Source: Macrostomum lignano (taxonomy: Eukaryota). Taken from it: DNA of 64,000 nucleotides. Each line of letters opens with the position of its first letter. The first letter of the stretch is position 1. The notes under the pieces are model-generated. The model had not been told where the DNA came from, did no database searches, and worked only from the letters and a program-made list of their open reading frames with translations. The stretch spans positions 248,001-312,000 of the forward strand of contig NIVC01001024.1 in the NCBI GenBank assembly GCA_002269645.1. Direction: 5' to 3'. The position numbers were made by a program, and so were the translations under genes. This document shows positions 25,101 to 40,779 of the stretch, piece after piece.

Positions 25101-26140
25101 AATATCCCTTTAATCCTTGGGATCAATATCCTTTAATCTATGGGATCAATATCCTTTAATCTATGGGATCAGTATCCCTTTAATCTATGGGATCAATATC
25201 CCTTCAATATATGGGACCTATATGCCTTGAATCTATGGGATAAGTATCCCTTTAATCTATGGCATCAATATCCATTTAATCTATGGGATCAATATCCATT
25301 TAATCTATGTTATCAATATCTATCTAATCTATGGGATCAATATCCCTTTAATCCTTGGGATCAAATTTATCCTTTAATCTATGGGATCAATATCCTTTAA
25401 TCTATGGGATCAGTATCCCTTTAATCTATGGGATCAATATCCTTTAATCTATGGGATCAGTATCCCTTTAATCTATGGGATCAATATCCCTTCAATATAT
25501 GGGACCTATATCCCTTTAATCTATGGCATCAATATCCATTTAATCTATGGGATCAATATCCCTTTAATCTATGAGATCAATATTGATAACTGCCTGAAAT
25601 CAATATCCCTAAGTTACTGGATGTGGATAGCACCTGAATGTAAATTCACCCACCTACCTGCATATGCTGCCGAATAGAGAATCGATTCCTTGATGACTCA
25701 TCCAACTCAAAATCGGTAGGAATCTCTTCCAACTCAGAGGTACCATGTGTCTCAGTTCCCGTAATATCTAACACATCCATGCCTATAGAGACGCAAGGCG
25801 AGGCAACCACCAAGTCAACATTGATGAGCATCTCTGCGCTATGGTCAGGATCCACTCCGTAAGCAAACTGCACTCTCCGCTCCATGTAATTATTAACTTC
25901 AACGCACACTAGAAGAAACATGAGCAGGAATGTAACCAGGGTGATGCCAGCACCCGAGGCGGTGCCAGAACTTCGACAATCCTCAGGAAGTTTAGTGAAC
26001 ACATCCAACTTGCGAACTGCTTTGACCATTTCCTCTGATACCGGCGATTTTGCAGCTGATTCGGGCGCACTCGGCACATTTCGGTGCCTGAGTTCGGTGT
26101 CAGACTGAGCTGAATGACTGTTTATGCTAATGTTGCTCAT
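21616..26140 (-). CDS. ERGIC2: ERGIC2 (Erv41-like) copy 2, intact, ~407 aa. Exons: 26140-25658, 24642-24421, 23230-23087, 21990-21616
   Basis: Four exons joined by phase-0 GT-AG introns give one ORF with the Erv41/46 family motifs LDVFTKLP plus TM1, CRLRGRFRVNKVAGNLH, NFSHRIYHLSFG, YQYFVQVVPT and GSHGLPGLFFKYEVSPL plus TM2. The GSHG motif and N-terminus favour ERGIC2 over ERGIC3. Confidence 0.9.
22357..23052. mobile_element. Foldback / long-TIR non-autonomous hAT element (696 bp) in ERGIC2 copy 2 intron 3
   Basis: Inverted arms of ~258 bp (22357-22615 and ~22796-23052) start with CAAGGACGAC. An 8-bp TSD AGCATAAT lies at 22349-22356 and 23053-23060. The empty site is present in copy 1 (~10335). 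Confidence 0.9.
23708..24283. repeat. 55/58-bp minisatellite in ERGIC2 copy 2 intron 2
   Basis: Two subtypes in blocks (58-bp units, then 55-bp units) share the core CCCCATAGMAACTGGGGATATTGATCCCAGAT. A single monomer exists in copy 1 at ~10995-11020. Confidence 0.92.
24760..25600. repeat. ~22-24-bp minisatellite (TAATCTATGGGATCAATATCCCT) in ERGIC2 copy 2 intron 1
   Basis: Tandem units are visible. A shorter paralogous array is at ~11410-11730. Confidence 0.9.
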
Positions 26141-29100
26141 TACTACTTGATTAGCTGGTAGCAGTAGTAAGTTAGGCTGTTTTTTGCTGAAAATGAAATT
26201 TCAATTATTTGTATTACTTTCTGTAGCCAGGTTTGACTATGCAGTATGAAGGAGTCGTGTGTGGCGACCCCCAGTCCTTGGACTAAACTGCCATATGCAG
26301 CCTTCAGATGCGCCATGCAATTGCTGCAGTTGAGCTATCAGTTTGCATATCTACATATTATGGCAGGTGTATTTAATTATGATTGTATGCCTAAAATGTA
26401 GACATTCAAAACAAATGCATTAGAGCTGTATGCCTTTAGCCAAAAATTTGGCCTGAAAAAATTCAGCATACTGTATACTATATCCAATATGTGTTACATA
26501 TTGGTGTAGACTTGGAATAGGAAGTCTATTTGGCCATAGTCTGGTGGTATGGCATGGCACTTTTATGTGCCAGCAATCATAGGTTCTATTTCAGAAGTAG
26601 ATTTAAAACCATCCCTAATCTTTTATTTATGTCTAACACTAACCTCTAGATGAGATGCTATAATTATTAGTCAAAGCCTCTATATAAGTTTGTTGCTTTC
26701 TATAGTTTTATCATTGGCACCTATAGATACTATATAGTATTTCTTCTTCTACATAAAAATGTCTTTAGTCTAAAATTACTATTGGTTTTAAGTCTTCATC
26801 CAACTCTTACTAATATATATTATATGCCTAGACCTATTGTCATTGAATTAAGGTAGTGCCAATCATACCCAATTGTTTTTCTTAAAATTACGTCATACAA
26901 AAGCTTAAATAAATGTAAATTACTCATATTTTTTCAATCATTTGTATTACTAATAACTAAGCCAATGTTCTATATGAATCACTGCATTTTAAGCCTAAGC
27001 CAATTCTAATTAGCCTTTTTAATCAACTTTTGTTTGAATTGGACCACAAATAGGGCTATCAATATTTTTATATGAACTAAAACAAAGGTGATAAGCAAAT
27101 AAAGCATTGAATATATAAATTATTGCTCAGATAAACAAAACAAAGTTGGAAAGGATTAGGATTTACCAGAAAAAACAACTTTGCTTAGGGCTAGGCAAGA
27201 AAGCTTACTCTTAAATAAAATGTAAAAATATAATAAAGCCTATCATTGGGCATCTTTCATCCTTAATAATGCTAGTCTATCTAGAGTTATTTGTCAATCA
27301 TAGGGCAAAAAACAACCAAGTTCTTATTTCAAAGAAAGCTCTGAGACTTATCTGTACTATAGCATTAAATGACCACCCAGCTACAATTACAACTACCCTC
27401 CGCTAGAATTCGAGGACCTATTTGACTATGACTATTTGAAACTGAAATTATTAAGTTGATGATATACACTTTGTCATTGAGTATTCATATTCATAATTAA
27501 ACTACCTTACCTACTAGAATTTAACTTGAATAGGCTTCACATTTTTTAAAGCAGGATTTCTTTTGCATTTTCATCTGCAGAATATGAGGCCATTATAATC
27601 AAAACATATTTAGTTTGCTGGTGCTGGTAGCAATTTTTTTTAAGTTTTAGACTTTGAGACTTTTAATGAAGACTAATCAAGAGAAACCTACATCTTTTGA
27701 ATCAAACTTCTCTATCCTTGAATAATACATATAACATAAGTACTTTGTTATAGAGATATAGAAGGTCAAACCTAAGATTAAGGAAACCTTAATCTCTACC
27801 AGGTTTGAGGATAAATGTATAAAATTATTAATTTAGCAATATGTAATATTAATAAATTGTGTCCTGCCATAAGGAGGGTCCATGTACTGTAGCCATAGCT
27901 ATAAGCTCCAATTCTCTATATTTTATAGCCATAAGGATTTCAATATTACCATATTCTTGTAGTTCCTATAGCCGTAGCCATAGTTTTAACAAAAAGTCTA
28001 GAAAACAAAATATTTTGAATCAAGAAGATAACCTAGTGCTGAAACAACTGCAAATTAAGTTAGAAAATAAAAGAAACACTCAATTGCCTTTGTAAGACTA
28101 TATTTTTTTCAGAGCAATAATAATAATTCATCAGAAAATGATTGGTGACACTCTTAAGAGAATGCTTGTCAATATAAAGCGCCAATAGAGGATCAAGACA
28201 AAGGGAGGAGTTTCAAAAGAAGAGGACAAACAGGACATCATCAACTGGCAGGACGAGCATGCTGACACTAACATCAATGCTAATGCTACTAGCCACAGCA
28301 ACGCCTTTGAGAAAAAGTGACTCTATTCATTTTTTGCATTTAGTTGGTTCAATTGGTTTATACTTAGTTTTTTGTTTCAGTTGCCTATAGGCCCCTACTA
28401 GGCCTAGCTTAATGGTTTTTTGGTTGGTAAAGTTGGCGAAACCAAATAAACCAAGATAGAAAGCAACATTATTATTATTAATGTGCAAGGTGCCTCCCGA
28501 TTTCTTTATAAAATAGTCACCATTTAGTCAATTTGAATTCACGCCAAAACTAAGAAACATATTTTGTTTTACTTGTAATTTTCATAATATTTTATACAAA
28601 CTAATTTTTGTTTCAACTAGCAGTAAATTTTAGTACAAATAAAAGCATTTTTGGCGGAGGAGAGACCAACCTCGCGCATTGCGGTTCCACAATAAGTGAT
28701 TGATAGTGAATAGCAAGAGTTCCAAGAAAATAAGAATTGAAGAAGTGTTTTCTGTGTTAATTCCTTTTACAAGGTAGGAGTGAAATAGACTGAAGTGTAT
28801 ATAGTGCATACTATTGAGAAGTAGCAATATTGAGTACTAAGAGAATACAAAGTAGATCTAAAGTGATATGTGTAAGAATAACTCGAGGCTGTGACCCTCT
28901 GATCTCGGTAATGCCCAAGGACTTGCAAAGTACATGAAATATATATACCAGTAAGCCAAAATACTGCTTAGGCCAAATTATTAAACAGAACACTACCAGA
29001 ATAACAGAGGAGTAAAATCTTTCAGGGCTAATAGTTTTCTAAGAATAATACTCAGACTAAATACTCAGACCTATTCTAATAAATATTGTCAGACTTATTC

Positions 29101-30418
29101 TAAGACTAAGATTAATAAACTCATAATTTATTAATAGAATAGTCTTGGTGGCAGCTACCAACATTTATAAAAACAGTAGTTTAGCCCTTTGACAACTTTA
29201 ATGACAGCTGTGGAATCATCTAAAGAGACAAAAGAATCAGCCCTTTGACAACTTGGTTGCAGCAGTAGGATAGGGCCTAATTTCAGTGAGAGCAATTATG
29301 CCTTTGACATTAACTGATGAAATAAGTTGAGAAATGTATAGCAGTCTTGTGTTTTTTTTTCCAAAGGAGGAAGAAGCAGAGGAAATACCCTACGTAATGC
29401 CCAAACACATAAAAATACATAAAAAATTACTTCAAAGATGTGCAAAATTTTAGTGAAACATACGTGAAAAAACGCTATATCTCAATACGTAAATTTTATG
29501 TACCTCCTAGGTAAATCCCTAAAAAGTTTTTTTGTACACTTTAGGTAAATTTTCGTTTATTTGTCAGGCAGGTTAGCCTTAAATACTATACACTACAAAG
29601 TTTTACTTACTTTTTAACTAGATACTAAGATAGGCCTAGAATAAGAAATGTTATATATTTTCTTAGGTTTAAATATACAAATATACAATATCCTATTAAA
29701 TTTAAATAAATTGTTCTTTATTTAATGAGAACTTATAAATATGATATTAAAAACGGTTTTTTCTGGATCAACAACAAAAACAGTCTTGCCCTGCATGCAA
29801 TCCATAGGCCTAGGCTAACTTTATAACAACATTGTATAATTTATATTATAGTTTTAGTTGTAGATTGTAAAGTGCAATAGCTTGTCCTTGCCCTGAGTTT
29901 TATTGATTTTCCTAATTGCAATATACCTATCTAATAAATTTAGGATTCGGCCAACATTACAGAAGTTTTAAAATTTTATTAAATAACATTATATTGTCAA
30001 ACACCTAAAAGTTATAAAAAATGTAAACTACTTGTCACTTGCAAGTGACTTATTTGGGTCCCAAGTCAGTTCAGCAAAAAGAGGGTGATTGTAATCGATA
30101 GGTTTAGGAGGTTTTGACTTTTGACATAGGAGGACGGCTTGAAAGTTGAAATGTTCTAGATAGCTTCTTAGTGGCAGGCCAGGACTCCTCGGGTTTCTTT
30201 ACCGCGTTCAAATCTGTGCTGGATTTCCGGCGCTTCAAATTAATTTTAAACAAACTAGGGGAACTTAGAGAGCTCCGGCTGCTGAGTTCCTCAGGCTCAG
30301 GGTTAGTCGTGGTCTTGGCTGAGCATTTAAGATAATGCCGTCCTTTTAGAATGCACTGCAGGTTAGCCGCTACGGAGAGCTAAATGAAACGCAATAAAAA
30401 TTTACTGATTATAATATA

Positions 30419-30639
30419 CATTTTTGCTATCTAGTTTGCCAAAACCGCAATCAATTTTGCCCACTAAGAGAATTTAATTGTATATTTCTAATATCTTGGC
30501 TTAACCTGCCCATTCATTGCCATAGTTTGAACCATAGACAAATCCTTGAAACTGCATTCAATTTTGCCAAAATTCTCTCCGTAAATTCTCTCCGTGGGCA
30601 AAATTGATTGCACTTTTGGCAAACTAGATTGCAAAAAGG
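30419..30639. mobile_element. MITE with ~57-bp TIRs and TA flanks (Tc1/mariner type)
   Basis: CATTTTTGCTATCTAGTTTGCCAAAACCGCAATCAATTTTGCCCACTAAGAGAATTT pairs with the reverse complement of 30582-30639. TATA flanks both ends. Confidence 0.75.
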
Positions 30640-31309
30640 TATAGTACTAGTAGTATAGTATGGCGCTGCCACCACCGCGGTAATACGCAGAGAAGAGCTT
30701 GAATTAACCCGAGAACTCCTCTTAGTTCAGATCGCAAAGGATCGAGTTATGCTTCCGTCTAAATAACAGCTTCATGATAATTACAATTCACTTCGATACA
30801 GTAAATAATTTCGCGCTTCCGGAGATCGTAAAGTTCGAAATTAATTTATTATAACGATAAAGGCTTAATTAAAACGAAATTGATTCGCACTGGGTTGGCT
30901 TCGTCGGGAAAGGAGCTGCAGTCGGGGTTAAACGGACTGGTTCGAGAGAGTTGGCGTGCGAGGGGAGAGACAAAGAATTAAGGCACCACTATTGTGTGCT
31001 AACAAGGACATCAATATTCTGCAGTATTTTTTGTTTTAGGTAGTGTATGCTGTTCTGCGCATTATATTATATTTTCTACACTAACTCTTGAAGTTGGAGA
31101 AGGGAGAGGGAGTAGAGGGTAGATGGGATAGAAGAGAGATTTCTTGACTGTTTCATCAATTTTTATTTACGTGTCCATGGCTTACGTGTACCAGCACTTC
31201 TGCTGCGCGTAATGAAGAAATTGACAAAAAAGTTTTTTCCTTTTCTTTTGCTGCATGGTCTGCACGTCTTAGGAGGTTGCTGACCCTATTGTAGTGATCC
31301 GCTAGTTGA

Positions 31310-32013
31310 TGTTAGGCGTCCCACTTTGTCAGCAGTCTCCCTCGCCCTCGCCCTGGGTTGCTGTCTGCCGCTGGTCAGCTTCCCGCCCCCCTTGGCCCGT
31401 CTGTTGCTGCCCTTGGCCTGTTCTGCCCTTCTGCGTCTCTGTTCTCAGCCCTCAGCTTCTCTGCTGTGGGCTGTCTCTGTTTCGTTCCCGTCCCGTTTTC
31501 CTCTGTCATGTGAGCAAGTCACATGACAGACTCTGCGTTCTTCGAGTCCTAAAGTGCAGTAAACATGTTTACTGCACTCGTTGGCCCTGTTTACCGGGAG
31601 AATCACGTGCTTTCGGAACCCTACCTTCTCTAAGGAGAGAAGTGACTCATGTTGCTAAAAATAGCAACTGAGTCACGGCCGCGTGTACTCTGGCCGGAGA
31701 CCTCAAGTGACGTCAGTTCTAAAAATAGAACGAGTCACGAGGTCTTGCGCGCACTGAGACCCTGCCCCGAGACCTCAAGTGACGTCAGTTCTAAAAATAG
31801 AACAAGTCACGAGGTCTTGTGCGTGGGTGTTTCCCGGCTATAAATAGGACCCCTCTCCCCTTGTTTCCGTCAAGGATTTGGCTTCTTATCTGCGGAGAAT
31901 TCACTAAGATCCCGTGTGCGTCAGTGTCTAACTAAGTGCCCTTTGCGTACTGAATCCGTTTGTACTGGTCTGACTGAGACCCCACTAAAGCCCAAGCCTA
32001 AGGGAGGCTAACA
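31310..32013 (+). mobile_element. Probable solo LTR (TGTTAG...CTAACA) with a duplicated enhancer and TATA box
   Basis: Terminal inverted hexamers, a 72-bp-period direct repeat with TGACGTCA at 31708 and 31780, and TATAAATA at 31839. The 3' part is homologous to the inverted element at 36283. No TSD was found. Confidence 0.55.
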
Positions 32014-32919
32014 CTGCCTTCCCAGCCACCCCTGAGCCCGGCGGGGATCTGCTGATCAGGACGCCTTGTTCATTCATCTGCAAATCTACACGCTGTGCTG
32101 AGTTCGTTGACTTGTTTATTTCGTTCCGACGGGAAGCTCACCTCATCGAAGGCCGAGACCTGAAGGAACTGGTGGCAGCACTACCTACGCTACTGAGAGT
32201 TGAGAGAACTTCCCACTGAAGAGGCTCCAGTCTTAACTAAGGTAATCTTAAGCGCCTAAACCGGGAAGAAACACCATTCTACTTCACTGGTGGCAGCCGG
32301 TGGGATTCAAAGACCTACCAGGCCACCCCGAGAAAACCATAAGCACTTCACTATAGGCCTATACAAATCACAGAGCTTCTTTCAAATTTCAAAACGTGGG
32401 ACTGGAATTGAACGGTTCGTCCTGCATTCGGTATACGAGCGTACAAACGCAAGTCAAAACTGCATGTACCAGCGTACATGTACTGTTCGTCATTAAAATA
32501 AACATTCGAAAGATCTGAAAACATGTTTGTTTATAGCTACCTATAAAACAGCTAAGAAATGAACAAATATTCAAATAATTTCCCTGGGAAATTCAATTGT
32601 TTTATTAAGATATTTTTTAGAACTAAATTGCGTGGCGATATTCAATTGGAAAACAATGATGGTGACGCAGATTGTAAAGACTCAAAATCTACGATTATAA
32701 AAAGTCATGCCGCACCAATTATTAAAAAATTGTAGTAGGTATGCTCGTATAATGACTAAAAAGTAACATCTTTTGAACTGTTGAAGCTCTGGCAAGAAGT
32801 TTTATAGTAACACTATAATTACAGTAGAGTATGGATCTAAAGTAGCACAAATTAATGGAATTGCATGTTCAGCACATAAGCATGAGATAACATTTTAAGT
32901 CTCAATTTCACCCCTGCGA

Positions 32920-33650
32920 TAATGGCATCCTCAAAATCTTACCCCACGATAATGGCATCCTCAAAATCTCACCTAGCGATACTGACATCCTCAAAATCTT
33001 TTCCTACGATACTGACATCCTCAAAATCTCACCCTGCGATTATGACATCCTCAAAATCTCACCCTGCGATACTGACATCCTCAAAATCTCACCCTGCGAT
33101 ACTGACATCCTCAAAATCTCACCCTGCGATACTGATATCCTCAAAATCTCACCCTGCGATACTGACATCCTCAAAATCTCACCCTGCGATACTGACATCC
33201 TCAAAATCTCACCCTGCGATACTGACATCCTCAAAATCTCACCCTGCGATACTGACATCCTCAAAATCTCACTATGTGATACTGACATCCTCAAAATCTC
33301 ACCCTGCGATACTGACATCCTCAAAATCTCACTATGTGATACTGACATCCTCAAAATCTCACCCTGCGATACTGACATCCTCAAAATCTCACCCTGCGAT
33401 ACTGACATCCTCAAAATCTCACCCTGCGATACTGATATCCTCAAAATCTCACCCTGCGATACTGACATCCTCAAAATCTCACCCTGCGATTATGACATCC
33501 TCAAAATCTCACCCTGCGATACTGACATCCTCAAAATCTCACCCTGCGATTATGACATCCTCAAAATCTCACCCTGCGATACTGACATCCTCAAAATCTC
33601 GGCAGATAATGACATGCTCAAAATCTTACCCTACGATACTGAGCCTCTAA
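32920..33650. repeat. 30-bp minisatellite, ~24 copies (ATCCTCAAAATCTCACCCTGCGATACTGAC)
   Basis: Directly visible. It explains the TSSKSHPAIL pseudo-ORF. Confidence 0.95.
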
Positions 33651-34026
33651 AATTTTCATCCACGCTCTGAAAACCGACATTCAAAAAAAACAAATTCTCT
33701 TTCATAGGACAGGAATCAAAACTTTGCTAACAATGGTAACCAAACTGTAAAAAGTGAACTATAGAAAAACACAAAAGCGTTGGAGGATGCGAAAGAACAT
33801 CTGCAAGTAAAGGTGCAGCATTTGAGCAAACTCGTAACTTGGATTAAGTATATTTATTATTTTAGAAAAAACAGCTACTATATGGGGTGATCTGCTTGGA
33901 AATACCGAAGGAAACTAGTAAAAGAATCAGCTGAGCCTACTTAAAGTAGTGTAGTGCAGCTATTATCTATTTTATATTACCTAGAAATCGCTCTAATTGC
34001 CAGACATTCTCAAAAAATGGCATGGC

Positions 34027-37784
<3,758 letters not shown>

Positions 37785-38099
37785 GATAATGACCGTCAAA
37801 AATGCCCTGGAAGTATTACCAATGGTGTCTTCAGTTAAGTTGCAACTTGTTGTCGACCAGAAGCACTCGAAGTAACACCCCCACCCCTACCTGCTGTTTT
37901 ATTTCCACAGGTGCCTGGCTAAACTTAGATAAGATAAAAATTATCGTGCCTTTGGATTTACTAACATTTGTTTAAATTTGTACAATTGTATATATGAATA
38001 TGCATACGTACTCCTGGACTATAGTGGACAGATGACTGACGAACTCTCGAAGTATTGCCGACATGTGATTAAAAGTCCCTGAAGTACCTGAGACTGATC

Positions 38100-38520
38100 C
38101 GTAAAATCCCCTGAAGGACCCGAGACAGCTCAGTAGGGAACACCTGAAGTATTTCAGACAGTTGGCTGAGAAGCCCCTGAAGAATGAGAGACAACTTAGT
38201 AGGGAACCCCTGAAGAACCAGAGACAGCTCAGTAGGGAACCCCTGAAGAACCAGAGACAGCTCAGTAGGGAACCCCTGAAGAACCAGAGACAGCTCAGTA
38301 GGGAACCCCTGAAGAACCAGAGACAGCTCAGTAGGGAACCCCGGAAGGATCAGAGAAAAGTTCAGTAGGGAACCCCTGAAGGACCAGAGACACCTCAGCA
38401 GGGAACCGCTGAAGAACCTGAGACAGCTCAGTTGGAACCCCTGAAGGACCTGAGACAGCTCAGCAGGGAAACCCTGAAGGACCTGAGACAGCTCAGCAGG
38501 GAACCCCTGATGCATTGTAG
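38100..38520. repeat. 33-bp minisatellite (AGAGACAGCTCAGTAGGGAACCCCTGAAGAACC) upstream of KYNU
   Basis: Directly visible, with an 11-aa period in the pseudo-ORFs. Confidence 0.9.
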
Positions 38521-40050
38521 ACAGCTGGCGGAGAAGTCCATGAACTATCATAGAAATTTAGCTTGAAATCCCCCCTGAAGTTCCGTGGGCAGCGGGCTGA
38601 AGAACCGCTAAAGAACTGCGCTTTAAAAAAAGATAAGTGATCAAATTGAATCATAAGGCTTCGGATACTCAAAATTTATAGAAAACTGAGAAAAAACTTG
38701 AATTGTATGCATATATATTCCTGTTAACACAGTGTAATTTCAATTTAAATTTGCTTAATTAGAAGTCGTGCTTTTAAAAACGTGAATTTGACAACAAATA
38801 AACAAAAATTTACAGAGACAGTAATTTAATAAAAAAATGGAATTATAGGTTGTGTAGTGAGAGTGAGGCAGAATCACATAAACTAACAGAATTTGTGTGT
38901 TTAGCTTTCAATAAATCTTTAGTAGAGAAGTTGATACACAAAAATTGTGAACAAAGCTGTTTCAAAGGAATGCGAGGCTTTTCAAAAAAATAGTCTATAT
39001 TTTTCTTAAAAATGATAAACTTGAAGGCAAAAACAGTTGTAAGAACAATTGGAATGTGCAGCAATATTGTGCTTGGAGATTACTTCGAATAACAGTTCAA
39101 ATGATCTTTAAATGACTTATTATTAATTATAATAAAAACACAAATTTTCTTGCATTATTTATACAGTAAAATGTGTAATAACTACTTACTAAGTCAGTAG
39201 TGTAACTGCGCATGCTTAAAAGCAACAATGTTAATTATTATTCGCGTAATTAAAACAGGGCACACAGAGAGATTTAATTTGGTAAGTCTTTATACAATAA
39301 AGTAATACTTGATGCGAATACTAATTATGTGAATGACACTGCTGTGTGCACGTGCTCGCGACTTTGAGATTAATAAATCTGCCACAAGAAAAGCCTCCTG
39401 GTAGTCGTAAAAGGATTCTGAAGATTTTTTATAGGATTATTGTGAACTCAGTTACTTGAGCTGGGAGTAAATCTTCGACAAGCGATGGGGAAAGAAGGGA
39501 TAGTAGGGATAGGATAGGTGAGAGGGGAGAGAGGAGGAGAGGGGAGACGGGAAAACATAAGAAAAGCAAGAACTGAGACATAGGAGAGAATATCTAAGCT
39601 TGAGCAGATGACAGCGATACAGAAACAGTTTACAGATGTGCATATAAACAAGAATAAACATAAAAATAAACAAACAATCCAAGCTGAGAGAAGTCTCAAC
39701 CAGAGCCAAGACAGACAGTAATTCCAGATAAATGAAAAACACCACTCTCAGGCACTCTGGATTAGGCCAAAACACAATCAGACTTGCAACAGCTGTGTGA
39801 CTAAAAAGACAGGAATCCGACTACAAGAAATTCGAATACCAAAATGTTTAATAATTGGCAATATTATTTCAGCCATAATTATGGATAGAACAAAAGTTAC
39901 TTGGCGCAACATATACGGTTTATAAGAGCCATAGTTAACATATTTCCGATATGTATCGATAATAACTTTCGCCAACAGATAAAACTTCTTTATGACTTCT
40001 TTATAGTAGCAAAAATAGCAAGTCAAAAAAGACCCAGCACGACCGCAGGA

Positions 40051-40429
40051 TCACAGATAGTATGTTTCAACATCTTGTCTACCAGCCGGTCCTCCTTGAA
40101 CTGGGATCGGTTGAGGCGGCGGCGGTGGCGGCCCAGCGACTGGCTGGCGGCTTGTGTTAATCAGCTGGGCAGACAGATTTCTACTGCTGCAATGGGGAAT
40201 GGTGTTGGGGTTTTAAAGGTTATGATTAACTACTCAACCATCAGTAGTACATCAGCATTATATTTGTCAGTGACGTTGATAATTGAGCCGACCAAGTGGA
40301 GAAACCAGTTTCATTGCAGCAGCAGCCACTGCCACACAACTTGCGCTCGGACGTAGGCCTATCTATCTATCTATCTACATGTATCTATCTAAATGTATCT
40401 ATCTATCTATCTATCTATCTATCTACATG

Positions 40430-40463
<34 letters not shown>

Positions 40464-40467
40464 CATG

Positions 40468-40505
<38 letters not shown>

Positions 40506-40509
40506 CATG

Positions 40510-40547
<38 letters not shown>

Positions 40548-40585
40548 CATGTATCTATCTATCTATCTATCTATCTATCTACATG

Positions 40586-40627
<42 letters not shown>

Positions 40628-40661
40628 CCTATCTATCTATCTATCTACCTATCTATCTATG

Positions 40662-40722
<61 letters not shown>

Positions 40723-40748
40723 GTCTATCTATCTATCTATCTATCTAC

Positions 40749-40779
<31 letters not shown>

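Noticed and set aside
32922-33650. 242-aa TSSKSHPAIL repeat protein
   Set aside because: It coincides exactly with a 30-bp minisatellite and is also open on the opposite strand. There is no independent gene evidence.
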